A stretch of 62,321 nt of DNA, counting the filler, from Candidatus Coatesbacteria bacterium (lineage in GTDB: Bacteria > JAFGND01): assembly GCA_016927185.1 (NCBI GenBank). It is 4 parts of 4 records of this genome, joined end to end, with 100 filler letters (N's around TTAATTAATTAA, not from the genome) between each part and the next. Parts side by side here need not be neighbours in the genome. Positions count along the whole stretch, not along the records: positions 1 to 30,420 come from JAFGND010000003.1; 3 more parts are not named here. One strand, written 5' to 3'. The notes beneath the pieces were generated by a model. That model had not been told where the DNA came from. It was given only the letters and a program-made list of their open reading frames with translations, and did not search any database. The position numbers and the translations under genes are program-made. Below, piece by piece: positions 1 through 10,056 of this stretch (position 1 is the first letter of the stretch; every line of letters begins with the position of its first letter).

Positions 1-100
1 GTTTTCCATATAATTATTAAGGTAAGAAAATTATATTAACCTCACCCCGTCTTCCAGACTCCCCTCTCCTACAAGGAGAGGGGCTAGGGGTGAGGTTTAT
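1..100. repeat. REP/MITE-like palindromic element, family A, copy 1 (AT-rich leader plus nested hairpin)
   Basis: Outer arms AACCTCACCCC (38-48) / GGGGTGAGGTT (87-97); inner stem CCCCTCTCCT-aca-AGGAGAGGGG (61-83). Colinear with 49310-49409, 10 mismatches in 100 nt by manual alignment. Confidence 0.85.
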
Positions 101-338
101 TCCTAGCAGTCATTCTCTATCCTTTCCCCCAAGGAGAAGGAGGAAATGTATTTCATGAATTTTTCAGCAGCAGCCAGATAAATCATTACTTGTAAAGCAC
201 TTATAGAAATACCTTATTTGGGTATCACTCTTCAAATCGTTTGTATATGAAAGTCTGAAAACAAGCTAAAAATACTTGCAGAATACTGGGGCTGATATAG
301 CAGATTATAAAAAACAAGCAAGAGATAATACGATTCTT

Positions 339-1391
339 CTAAGTACTGTGCTTCACAAATACTTCCATCAGCTTCTTGAAGAAATCCTCTGGAATGAAGG
401 GGGATGCTTTCAAGGCAACTTCACTATCATTGTAATATTTCATAGTTTGCTTGCTTAAATCTTCCTGGTTTTCATCAGGTTCTTCATCTTCTGTTTCACC
501 TTCAACATCCTGCTCATCTTCGATTTCCTTTTCTATTCCAGAAAATTTCTTGTCATCAACAGGAAATTCTGAATACCTGATATGAAAATGATCAGCATGA
601 CCAACTCTATGTCTTACAATAGAGGATCTTGTTGATTTTTTACTCTTGGGATACTGGAAAACTCTTGCAAGTTTCTTTTCAGGCCATCCATCTTGTTTGG
701 CAAGTTCATAAAGCGGTTTCTGCAGTGAATAATCAAGAAGAATGAATTTCACTCTCTTGGTACTTACCAGAATATTAATAAAATCTAAACATAATCTTGC
801 ATCAATGGTTTCAGGAGTTGTTTTCACAAGCCTGTCATACTTTGGATTACCTTTTCTGTAAATAGTTGCATCATAATCAAATCCTTGTTGATGAGTGATA
901 TGACCTCTCATAATTCCACCACGCCTGTAAGAAATATCACAAATAAGCTGCGGATTTGCTTCAGGATGAAGTTTATGGAATTCCGCATTGTTCTTTTTGA
1001 TAAGATCTATTGTCCATGATGTTCCCCAGGAACGATTCTTGTCTCTTATAACGTATCCTGTTCCCTCAGTCAGCTGAACACCATTTCTCAGAGAACCAAG
1101 AAATACTACCTTCTTCTTTCCTTCCTCCTTCACATATTGAATCATTGTTCCAGGTTTTAGTTTTCCATCTATATTGCTGCCATTATATTTGGCAAGATTG
1201 GAATATGGTATTCCAAGTTTTCTTGAAATATCAATTAGATTGTCACCAGGTTTAATCTGGTAATATCCTTTTTTAGTTTCAGGTTCTTTCTTCCTCGCTT
1301 CAATAGTTGAAAATTTGAATATCATTAAGATTATTGCTGCCCTTATTAAGAAGCTTCTTATTAATATAAAAGTCCTTTTTTCATACATCAT
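339..1391 (-). CDS. LysM domain plus MepA-like (penicillin-insensitive murein endopeptidase, LAS zinc peptidase) protein
   Basis: N-terminal hydrophobic segment; LysM (YYQIKPGDNLIDISRKLGI...LKPG); LAS motifs HITHQQGFDYD and HADHFHIR; acidic C-terminal tail. Confidence 0.8.
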   Translation of the reverse strand: MMYEKRTFILIRSFLIRAAIILMIFKFSTIEARKKEPETKKGYYQIKPGDNLIDISRKLGIPYSNLAKYNGSNIDGKLKPGTMIQYVKEEGKKKVVFLGSLRNGVQLTEGTGYVIRDKNRSWGTSWTIDLIKKNNAEFHKLHPEANPQLICDISYRRGGIMRGHITHQQGFDYDATIYRKGNPKYDRLVKTTPETIDARLCLDFINILVSTKRVKFILLDYSLQKPLYELAKQDGWPEKKLARVFQYPKSKKSTRSSIVRHRVGHADHFHIRYSEFPVDDKKFSGIEKEIEDEQDVEGETEDEEPDENQEDLSKQTMKYYNDSEVALKASPFIPEDFFKKLMEVFVKHST

Positions 1392-1428
1392 TTTTCCTTC
1401 CTCAATTGTTGAACCAGTATTATATTTG

Positions 1429-1457
1429 TTGACAATTTTACAAGAATAAAATAGCCT
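1429..1457 (+). promoter_or_regulatory. Putative sigma70 promoter for the pilB operon
   Basis: TTGACA (1429-1434), 17-nt spacer, TAGCCT (1452-1457). Confidence 0.4.
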
Positions 1458-1595
1458 TATATTATAATATAATGATTCAGTAAAAATAAATCAAGACCTT
1501 GAAAACCTACATCCTTGATTAAATGAATTAAAAATTTCTTCTGTCATATCAAGTTTTTCTTGACAAGATAATACTGCCTTGATGAGAAGACTTTC

Positions 1596-3311
1596 ATGAA
1601 TAATATGTGGAACGAAATTCTGGACAAACTAGCAGAGGAAAAACTGCTTAACAAAGAACAAATCAATAGTACAAAATCATTGCATGAACAGAAAAAAACC
1701 AGCATAGGCATTATTCTAACTCAAGCTGGTTACATCTCTGAAAAAGACTTAACCAGTTTTCTCAGTGATTATTTCCATGTTCCTGCATTTGATGTGGAAA
1801 GCGCAGCACTTGAAGATGATTTGATTAACTTCCTGCCTTCACTTGTTGCCCAAAAATACCTTCTGATACCGATAAAAAGGGAAACCAAGGCTCTTCATGT
1901 AGTGATGGCTAATCCGGTTGACATCAATATCCTTGATGATATCCGATTTATCACAGACCTTGATATTATTCCTTATGTCGCATCAGAAGCATCTATTAAG
2001 CGTGTGCTTGACAAGCTCTTCGGCTCTGAAAAGCAACCAATATTCACAAAAGGATTTGAGGATGTTTTTCAAGATGATGGCGTTGCAGTAGAAGTTGAAA
2101 AAACTGAAGATGCTGTGGTGGACCTTGAAACAGCGACCAGTGATGCCCAGGATTCACCTGTTGTAAGTCTCGTGAATTCCATAATAAAAGAAGCAGTGAA
2201 GAGAGGTGCATCAGATATCCACATTGAACCATTTGATAAGCTTCTGAGGGTGAGATACAGGATTGATGGTACAGTTCAGATTGCAATGTGTCCTAATCCT
2301 ACCCATGCAGCTGGAATGGTAAGCAAGATTAAACTGATGAGCAATCTTGATATCACTGAAAAAAGACTTCCCCAGGATGGTCATGTTGGAGTGAATGTTG
2401 GAGGCAAAAAGGTAGATCTCAGAATAAGCACCTTGCCTATAAGATATGGAGAAAGTGTTGTCGTAAGAATAGCAGACAAATCAGCCATGGATATCAATAT
2501 TGATAATATTGGTATTGAAGGGAAACCTCTTGATGATTTCAAGAAAGCTCTTGGCAAGCCAAATGGAATGATACTTGTAACAGGACCTACCGGATCAGGA
2601 AAAACCGTTACATTATATAGTGCTATAGATTACCTAAATAAATCTGATGTAAAAATACTAACTGCTGAAGATCCTGTTGAGTATGATATAAAAGGAATAT
2701 GTCAGGTTAATGTCAGGGAGGATATTGGGTATAATTTTGCAAAAGCACTCAGGGCATTCTTGAGACAGGATCCTGATATCGTAATGGTGGGAGAAATACG
2801 TGACAAGGAAACCATAGATATTGCAATCAAAGCTTCACTGACAGGTCATCTTGTGCTATCAACTCTTCATACTAATAACACTGCTGCAACTATCATAAGA
2901 ATAAGAGATATGGATGTTCCAAATTATCTTATTTCTTCTTCTATTTCTTTGATTATTGCTCAAAGGCTTATGAGAAGACTTTGTCCTTATTGCTCTGAAG
3001 AAACAAATATTGACAAGGAGATATTCAGGGAAATGCGAATAAATCCTGATTCAGTTATCAAGGATGCTACTTTCAAGCGCGCAGTAGGTTGTGAATTATG
3101 TGATAATACTGGATATAAAGGCAGAACTGCAATATTTGAAATAATGACCATAGATAATGTAATACGTGAGCTGATAAACTCAAATGCTACTCAGGAACAG
3201 TTAATGCAGGCAGCAAAAAAAGAAGGAATGATTTCCCTCAGGGTAGATGCTTTGAGGAAATTGAAATCAGGTATTGTTGATTTGAATGAAGTTATAAGAT
3301 CAACCATATAG
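1596..3311 (+). CDS. pilB: Type IV pilus / T2SS assembly ATPase (PilB/GspE family)
   Basis: ASDIHIEP, EKRLPQDG, Walker A GPTGSGKT, TAEDPVEY, LRQDPDIVMVGEIRD, TGHLVLSTLHTN, zinc motif CPYC...CELC, GYKGRTAIFE. Confidence 0.85.
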   Translation: MNNMWNEILDKLAEEKLLNKEQINSTKSLHEQKKTSIGIILTQAGYISEKDLTSFLSDYFHVPAFDVESAALEDDLINFLPSLVAQKYLLIPIKRETKALHVVMANPVDINILDDIRFITDLDIIPYVASEASIKRVLDKLFGSEKQPIFTKGFEDVFQDDGVAVEVEKTEDAVVDLETATSDAQDSPVVSLVNSIIKEAVKRGASDIHIEPFDKLLRVRYRIDGTVQIAMCPNPTHAAGMVSKIKLMSNLDITEKRLPQDGHVGVNVGGKKVDLRISTLPIRYGESVVVRIADKSAMDINIDNIGIEGKPLDDFKKALGKPNGMILVTGPTGSGKTVTLYSAIDYLNKSDVKILTAEDPVEYDIKGICQVNVREDIGYNFAKALRAFLRQDPDIVMVGEIRDKETIDIAIKASLTGHLVLSTLHTNNTAATIIRIRDMDVPNYLISSSISLIIAQRLMRRLCPYCSEETNIDKEIFREMRINPDSVIKDATFKRAVGCELCDNTGYKGRTAIFEIMTIDNVIRELINSNATQEQLMQAAKKEGMISLRVDALRKLKSGIVDLNEVIRSTI

Positions 3312-3347
3312 TTAATCCGAGAAATTTGCTAAAGAGGGAAAGGAAAT

Positions 3348-4430
3348 ATGAAAGACGTTGAATTAAATATCAAACAGATAGCAAGTTCCCTAGAAGGAGC
3401 TGAGATCTTTTCAGGACTTACAAGAAGTGAAATTGCCTCCTTGTGCGCTGTTGCCCAAATACGCGAGTTTGAAGCAGGGGAAACGATAATCAGACAGGGA
3501 GATGTTGCAGACTGTTTCTATTATATAATTGAAGGACTTGTGGATGTCTATATTCAAGGCAAGAAACGTCTTCACTATATCCATTCCATTGAAGCGAGAG
3601 AGATTTTCGGGGAGATGGCATTGATATATGACACACCAAGAACAGCAACTGTAAAGGCAAGAACAAAAGTGACTGTTGCGATAATGTCAAAAGTTGCTTT
3701 CAATCAGTTTCTTGTGTGGTCTGGAGATGCAGGAATCAAGGTACTGAAGATAATAAACAAACGTATAATAAGTGCAGAAACAAAAGCTGCAAAAAAGATA
3801 ATACAGGTTCTTGATTCTTCTCTTTATTCTGTATTGAAACTTACTGAAGTCAGAGAATCCTATCATTCAGCACATGCAAACAGAATTCGTGAGTATACGC
3901 GCGTTCTTGCCCTCAAATATAAGGAAAATAATCAATTTGACTTGTCTTTGGATGATGAATTCATGGATATGTTGTATAAAGTAGCTCCTTTATATGATAT
4001 AGGGAAAGTAACTATAAAAGAAGAAATCTTGCTCAAGCCAACACCATTGACTGATGCAGAAAGAAAAATAATAAATACTCATGCAAAAGCCGGTGCAGAA
4101 GCTTTTGACAGGGCAAGATCTGAGATAGGACTTAGCACTTTTCTTGATATGGCTGTAGATGTTACTGCTTATCACCATGAAAGATGGGATGGAAAAGGAT
4201 ATCCTGAAGGATTGAAAGAAGGCGAAATTCCGCTATCTGCAAGACTTGTTGCTATTGCCGATGTTTATGATGCATTAACAAGTGACAGACCATACAGAAA
4301 AGCATTTACTCATGAAAAGGCCTGGAAAATGATTTCCGATGATAAGGGACATTTCGATCCTGCACTTCTTGAAATGCTTTCATTCCTTGAAGAGAGTTTC
4401 AAGAATATCAAGTCTATGTTTAGTGAGTAA
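3348..4430 (+). CDS. cNMP-binding domain plus HD-GYP domain protein (HD motif reads YD)
   Basis: FGEMALIYDTPRTATV cNMP cassette; PLYDIGK, HHERWDGKGYP, ADVYDALTSDRPYRKA. Confidence 0.85.
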   Translation: MKDVELNIKQIASSLEGAEIFSGLTRSEIASLCAVAQIREFEAGETIIRQGDVADCFYYIIEGLVDVYIQGKKRLHYIHSIEAREIFGEMALIYDTPRTATVKARTKVTVAIMSKVAFNQFLVWSGDAGIKVLKIINKRIISAETKAAKKIIQVLDSSLYSVLKLTEVRESYHSAHANRIREYTRVLALKYKENNQFDLSLDDEFMDMLYKVAPLYDIGKVTIKEEILLKPTPLTDAERKIINTHAKAGAEAFDRARSEIGLSTFLDMAVDVTAYHHERWDGKGYPEGLKEGEIPLSARLVAIADVYDALTSDRPYRKAFTHEKAWKMISDDKGHFDPALLEMLSFLEESFKNIKSMFSE

Positions 4431-4461
4431 AATCTGATTTTACGCTAAACACGGATCTATA

Positions 4462-5367
4462 ATGCTTAATGGAATCGACATCCTGAATCACAAAGGTGAA
4501 TACTTATCTTTTCTTGCTGCAATTTTTTGGGCAATAGCAATTATTTTTTTCAAAAAAAGTGGAGAAAAAGTTCATCCAATTGCACTCAATATCTTCAAGA
4601 ATTCATTTTCATTCATTCTTTTCATATTCACCATACTAATCATGAAGGAGGAACTGCTTATAAATCTTCCGCTGAGAGACTATATAATGCTTATGATAAG
4701 CGGAGTAATGGGAATTGCAATTGGAGACACCTTGTTTTTCAAGAGCCTGAACTATCTTGGAGCTGGACTTTCTTCAATTGTAATCTGCCTTTACAGTCCC
4801 TTTGTAATTGTGTTTTCAATCCTGCTACTACATGAAAGACTTACATTCCTCCAGATAATTGCAGCATTACTCATTATTTCTGCCATTTTTACTGCCACTT
4901 CATTGAAAAATGGGAATCAGTCAGTTCAAAGACATATAGTAAAAGGAATTATTTTGGGTGCACTATCAAATGCTTCAAATGCTCTTGGCATTGTCATGAT
5001 TAAACCACTTCTGAATAATATCCCCATTTTGTTTGCTACAGAAGTCAGATTACTGGGAGGCTTAATAGCTCTTTCTATCATATTATTGTTCATGGGTAAC
5101 AGGAAGGAGATAATTTCTTCATTGAAGATACGGGAAGGCATCATTTATACTATCTCAGGATCTTTTGTTGGTGCATATCTGGCAATGATGACATGGATCT
5201 CAGGCATGAAGTATACCCAGGCATCAATTGCCTCTCTTCTCAATCAGACAAGCAATGTTTTCATATTCATATTTGCAGCTATTTTTCTTAAAGAAAAAAT
5301 CAACACTAAAAGGGTAACAGGATTAGTCATGGCAGTAATCGGAGTTATTATACTGACCCTTTTTTAG
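4462..5367 (+). CDS. EamA/DMT family transporter
   Basis: About 10 hydrophobic helices in two repeats; LLHERL and FLKEKI EamA motifs. Confidence 0.85.
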   Translation: MLNGIDILNHKGEYLSFLAAIFWAIAIIFFKKSGEKVHPIALNIFKNSFSFILFIFTILIMKEELLINLPLRDYIMLMISGVMGIAIGDTLFFKSLNYLGAGLSSIVICLYSPFVIVFSILLLHERLTFLQIIAALLIISAIFTATSLKNGNQSVQRHIVKGIILGALSNASNALGIVMIKPLLNNIPILFATEVRLLGGLIALSIILLFMGNRKEIISSLKIREGIIYTISGSFVGAYLAMMTWISGMKYTQASIASLLNQTSNVFIFIFAAIFLKEKINTKRVTGLVMAVIGVIILTLF

Positions 5368-5389
5368 ACTTCATGATTCTTCTTTTATC

Positions 5390-5436
5390 TTGACAAAATA
5401 TATTTAAAGGAAACTAAAGGAAACGAAATGGTTTCC
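5390..5436 (+). promoter_or_regulatory. Putative -35 box and TetR-type operator
   Basis: TTGACA (5390-5395); GGAAAC at 5409 and 5419 with inverted GTTTCC at 5431, at the 5' end of the TetR gene. Confidence 0.4.
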
Positions 5437-6099
5437 AGAGTCTCACTATCTGAAAAAGAGAATCAGAATATCATGATGCATTCAGACACAAGAAGCAGAA
5501 TAATCCTGGAAGCCAGGATGCAATTTTTCACTTATGGCTTTTCCAAAGTAACTATTAATGAAATTATCGGGGAATTAGGCATTAGCAAAAAGACTATCTA
5601 CAAATATTTCCCAAGTAAGAAAGCTCTGTTATACGCAGCAATAGAAAGCAATTTCAGGGAAATTGAGGATAAGCTGACTGAGTTAGAAAATGACAAATCA
5701 CTAGATCCAATAGACAAAGTTATCAATGCTCTTCAGTACTTGACTTCAATGCTTTCTACTGTTAAACAACCTTACATGAAGGACATAATGAAGAGTGCAC
5801 CAGAAGCATGGGATTTGATTTCTGATTACAGAAAGAAAAGAATTTTTCCTGTATTCGAGAAATTTCTTCTTGAATGCTACAGGAGAAAAGCGATCAGGGA
5901 TGAAATAAACGGTGATTTACTTATAATGATATTTCTCAATTTCGCACAATATATACTGAATCCGCAAATTCTGAGTGAAATCCCCATGAGTATGCAGGAA
6001 ATATTTGAGAGTATTTATACAATACTGTTTGAAGGGATTCTGACAGATAATGCCAGAAGAAAATTCAAGAAAAAGCAATTATTCAAAAGGGATACATGA
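5428..6099 (+). CDS. TetR/AcrR family regulator (start may be 5473)
   Basis: GFSKVTINEIIGELGISKKTIYKYFPSKKAL helix-turn-helix. Confidence 0.9.
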   Translation: MVSRVSLSEKENQNIMMHSDTRSRIILEARMQFFTYGFSKVTINEIIGELGISKKTIYKYFPSKKALLYAAIESNFREIEDKLTELENDKSLDPIDKVINALQYLTSMLSTVKQPYMKDIMKSAPEAWDLISDYRKKRIFPVFEKFLLECYRRKAIRDEINGDLLIMIFLNFAQYILNPQILSEIPMSMQEIFESIYTILFEGILTDNARRKFKKKQLFKRDT

Positions 6100-7076
6100 A
6101 AATAAATCAATACATGAAATTTACTTGCCTTGCTATCATAATCATATTTGCGGGTTGTAGTTACAAAGATAACAAGGAGCAGATAATCGCTTCAGGAAAT
6201 TTCGAGGTTGTTGAAGTAAAGATTGCTTCAAAATCATCAGGAGAGATAAAGGATCTGTATTTCAATGAAGGAAGCAAGGTTAGATGCGGAGATACTCTTG
6301 CCGCTATAGATTGTTCATATAATGAAATAAGGCTTGGTAAAGCAGAAGCTGGAGTTGAACTTGCAAAATCACAATTAAGACTTATCCTGAAAGGAGTTAG
6401 GATAGAAGATATCAATCAGGCAAGAGAATCAGCAAATCAGGCTCAGGCTCAGGTATCACAAGCTTTGAGGGATTTTCAGAGAGCAAGATATCTTTATGAA
6501 TCCAACAGTGCGAGTTTGAAGCAGCTTCAGGATGCAGAAACACACTATCATGTTGCCATGGCTCAATTTAATGGAGCAAATCACCTTGTGAAGAAACTGA
6601 AGAGAGGTTCTCGCAAAGAGGAAATACAGGCAGCCCAGGCAAATGTAAAACAGCTGGAAAGCGAAGTCAATCTCCTTAAGAAACTGATAAATGACAGCAA
6701 GATAAAAGCTCCCATTAATGGAATAATTACGAATAAGCCTTATGAAAAAGGAGAGCTGGTTTCTGAAGGAATGGTGATTGCAACAATTGCCAGAATTGAT
6801 ACAGTAAAACTGACGATTTATGTTTCAGAAAGTGAACTGGGAAAGCTGAATCTTGGCAAGGAAGCAATCATAAGAGTTGACAGCCATCCAGGTAAGGATT
6901 TCAAGGGAAAAATTATCTATATTTCACCTACTTCCGAATTCACTCCTAAGACAATTCAGACAAAAGATGAGAGAATTAAACTGGTTTTTGCAGTAAAAAT
7001 AGAAGTACCTAATCCTGAAGAAATACTTAAGCCAGGAATGCCAGCCGATGCTTACATTAACACAAAAAGCAAATGA
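6096..7076 (+). CDS. HlyD-family membrane fusion protein (YbhG-like), lipoprotein
   Basis: Lipobox FAGC; coiled-coil hairpin; IKAPINGII; SEFTPKTIQTKDER...LKPGMPAD. Confidence 0.88.
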   Translation: MKINQYMKFTCLAIIIIFAGCSYKDNKEQIIASGNFEVVEVKIASKSSGEIKDLYFNEGSKVRCGDTLAAIDCSYNEIRLGKAEAGVELAKSQLRLILKGVRIEDINQARESANQAQAQVSQALRDFQRARYLYESNSASLKQLQDAETHYHVAMAQFNGANHLVKKLKRGSRKEEIQAAQANVKQLESEVNLLKKLINDSKIKAPINGIITNKPYEKGELVSEGMVIATIARIDTVKLTIYVSESELGKLNLGKEAIIRVDSHPGKDFKGKIIYISPTSEFTPKTIQTKDERIKLVFAVKIEVPNPEEILKPGMPADAYINTKSK

Positions 7077-8005
7077 CAGAAAAGATTATAGAAGTCACAA
7101 GGCTTTCAAAAAAATATGAAAACCTGATTGCGGTAAACAGTATCTCATTCGATATAAAAAAGGGAGAAATGTTTGGAATAGTAGGTCCAGATGGAGCAGG
7201 AAAGAGCACAATAATCAAAATATTGAGTTGCCTTTTGCCTTTTGATGAGGGAAAAGGAAGCATTTTTGGACTTGATATTTCATCCAATCAAAAAAAAATA
7301 AAAAAAAGAATCGGATACTTGTCACAACATTTCAGCCTCTATGGTGATCTGACTGTTGATGAGAACATAGAATTCTTTGCAGAGATAAACAATATAAAGA
7401 TGTTTGAAGAAAGAAAAAACAAGCTACTTGATTTTACAAAACTCACTGAATTCAGGAAAAGATTTGCAGAAAATCTTTCTGGAGGAATGAAACAAAAGCT
7501 TGCTCTCATATGCACACTTATACATACGCCTGAAGTTCTGCTTCTTGATGAGCCAACAACAGGAGTTGATCCGGTCTCAAGAAGGGATTTCTGGAAAATC
7601 CTGCAGGAGCTTCTGAAAACAGGAATGACTATAGTAGTAACAACCCCATATCTTGATGAAGCAGAACGCTGCAACAGGATTGCACTTCTTGATAATGGTA
7701 GAATAATGGCTCTTGATTCACTTGAAAAACTCAAGTTTTTGATTGAATCAAGAATTTATGAGGTGATCTGTTCTGAAATCAGAAGTGCTTTCAATATACT
7801 AAAATCTAAGCCATTTGTTACTGAGATACAAGCTTTCGGAGACAGGCTTAATGTAGCAGTATCACCAGATAACGAAAATGCTTCAGGAAAAATAAGGGAA
7901 AATCTTCAAGAAAATAAGATTAATATTATTGAAATCAATGAGATATCACCATCTCTCGAGAATATTTTCATACACCTCCTGACAACAAAAAACAATGAAC
8001 AATGA
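7073..8005 (+). CDS. ABC transporter ATP-binding protein
   Basis: GPDGAGKST, LSGGMKQ, LLLDEPTTGVDP. Confidence 0.92.
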   Translation: MTEKIIEVTRLSKKYENLIAVNSISFDIKKGEMFGIVGPDGAGKSTIIKILSCLLPFDEGKGSIFGLDISSNQKKIKKRIGYLSQHFSLYGDLTVDENIEFFAEINNIKMFEERKNKLLDFTKLTEFRKRFAENLSGGMKQKLALICTLIHTPEVLLLDEPTTGVDPVSRRDFWKILQELLKTGMTIVVTTPYLDEAERCNRIALLDNGRIMALDSLEKLKFLIESRIYEVICSEIRSAFNILKSKPFVTEIQAFGDRLNVAVSPDNENASGKIRENLQENKINIIEINEISPSLENIFIHLLTTKNNEQ

Positions 8006-8939
8006 AAGTGCAATTACAGTAAGAAATCTTTCAAAGAAATTCGGAAGTTTTATTGCTGTTGATGACATCAGTTTCGATGTCATGAAAGGTGAAATATTCG
8101 GATTTCTGGGAGCTAACGGAGCTGGAAAATCAACGACCATTAGAATGCTTATAGGTGTGCTCAGTATAGACAAGGGCGAAGTTATCGTTGGAGGATACGA
8201 TGTAGGGAGAAAGCCTGATACTGTTAAAGGAATAATCGGTTATATGTCTCAGAAATTCTCACTTTATACGGATCTCACTGTGGAAGAGAATTTGCATTTT
8301 TATGGAAGGACTTATGGTCTTGAAAAAGAAGAGATAAGCAAGAGAATATCTCAGGTATTAGCTACCATAAAACTCAATGGCAGGGAAAAGGCAAAAGCAG
8401 AAGAGCTCTCTGGTGGATTGAAACAAAGACTTGCTCTTGGTTGCTCTATAATACACAAACCTGAAATAATCTTCCTTGATGAACCTACAAGTGGAGTTGA
8501 CCCAATTTCAAGGAGAAATTTCTGGGAACTTATAAATAATCTTGTAGAAGATGGAACAACAGTTCTTGTCACTACCCACTTTCTTGAAGAAGCAGAATAC
8601 TGCAACAGGATTATGCTTATGCACTCTGGCAAACTGATCGCACAAGGGACGCCAAAACATCTGAAGCAAAATTCAATAAGGAATACAATTCTTGATATAG
8701 AAAGCAACAAGATTGTAGAAGCAATGGAATTATTGCAAAGACAGGATTGGATATCCGATGTTTCGATATTCGGAAGACATATACATATAAGTATAGATGA
8801 TGAAGAAAAAGCCAAGGAAAGAATTTATAAGCTATGTCAGTCAAGCAATATTGAAATAATCAATATCAGAAAGATAATGCCTTCATTAGAAGACGTATTT
8901 ATTCACCTTGTAGAGGAAAAAAATAGTCATGCATCATAG
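7995..8939 (+). CDS. ABC transporter ATP-binding protein
   Basis: GANGAGKST, LSGGLKQ, IFLDEPTSGVDP, TTH. Confidence 0.92.
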   Translation: MNNESAITVRNLSKKFGSFIAVDDISFDVMKGEIFGFLGANGAGKSTTIRMLIGVLSIDKGEVIVGGYDVGRKPDTVKGIIGYMSQKFSLYTDLTVEENLHFYGRTYGLEKEEISKRISQVLATIKLNGREKAKAEELSGGLKQRLALGCSIIHKPEIIFLDEPTSGVDPISRRNFWELINNLVEDGTTVLVTTHFLEEAEYCNRIMLMHSGKLIAQGTPKHLKQNSIRNTILDIESNKIVEAMELLQRQDWISDVSIFGRHIHISIDDEEKAKERIYKLCQSSNIEIINIRKIMPSLEDVFIHLVEEKNSHAS

Positions 8940-10056
8940 AATACTGGCAGTCTTGAAGAAAGAAATCAGGCAGATTTCAAGAGACAAGAGATCACTTGGT
9001 CTTCTTTTCTTCCTGCCTGCATTCATGCTTGTAATGTTTGGATATGCTCTCAACTTTGATGTCAAAAACATCCCTGTTGCCATTTGTGATAATGACAAAA
9101 GCGAAAAAAGCAAGGAATTCATAAGATACATCATTAACAATGAGTATTTCACATTCATGCATCTTCTGAAGAATGAAAAAGAAGCAGATAAACTACTCCA
9201 GACAGAAAAAGCCAAGGTAGTTATAATAATAAGCAAAGGTTTCTCCCAGAAAATCTTGTCTAGAACAGATACTTCTGTTCAGGTTCTGATTGATGGTTGC
9301 AATTCTACAACTGCATCAAATGCAATAGGTTATATAAATGCTATGTTTGCAGGTTTTCAAAACAAGATAATATCAAGGACTATTGATATAAATAGCAGTC
9401 AGACAATTGATTATGAACCAAGGGTATGGTACAATCCTGAGCTGAAAAGTGTGAATTTCCTGTTCCCTGGCTTGATTGCTTTCATTCTTGCAATAACTGC
9501 AGTCATATCAACATCTTTGTCAATAGTCCGTGAAAAAGAGCGTGGTTCAATGGAGCAGATCATAGTATCACCAGTCAGACCATGGGAACTGATAGTTGGT
9601 AAGACAATTCCTTATGTTTTCATCGCACTTGTTTCAACAAGCCTCATATTGACATCAGGTTACTTGCTATTTGACATATCAATAAAAGGGAGCTATCTTT
9701 TATTGCTGCTTGTTTCAATGTTGTTTCTTACAGGTTGCCTTGGGCAGGGGCTTCTTATATCCACATTCTCATCATCGCAGCAAGTAGCTTTCATGATTGC
9801 AGTCATCTCTACAATGCTGCCAACTTTCATACTTTCAGGTTTTGTTTTCCCCATAAGAAACATGCCATTGATAATACAAATTATAACCTATTTTATACCT
9901 GCAAAGTATTTCATTATAACATTGAGAAGTATTATTCTTAAGGGGGTAGGACTTGAGGCATTTTCAGAGCAGATATTATTCCTTTGTGGTTATGCTTCTT
10001 TCATGATAATTTTAAGTACATTAAGGCTTTCAAGCCAGCAGAAAAAAGGAATATGA
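8929..10056 (+). CDS. ABC-2 exporter permease (YbhS-like)
   Basis: WYNPELKS, REKERGSMEQ, LSGFVFPI; multiple TM helices. Confidence 0.88.
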   Translation: MHHRILAVLKKEIRQISRDKRSLGLLFFLPAFMLVMFGYALNFDVKNIPVAICDNDKSEKSKEFIRYIINNEYFTFMHLLKNEKEADKLLQTEKAKVVIIISKGFSQKILSRTDTSVQVLIDGCNSTTASNAIGYINAMFAGFQNKIISRTIDINSSQTIDYEPRVWYNPELKSVNFLFPGLIAFILAITAVISTSLSIVREKERGSMEQIIVSPVRPWELIVGKTIPYVFIALVSTSLILTSGYLLFDISIKGSYLLLLLVSMLFLTGCLGQGLLISTFSSSQQVAFMIAVISTMLPTFILSGFVFPIRNMPLIIQIITYFIPAKYFIITLRSIILKGVGLEAFSEQILFLCGYASFMIILSTLRLSSQQKKGI

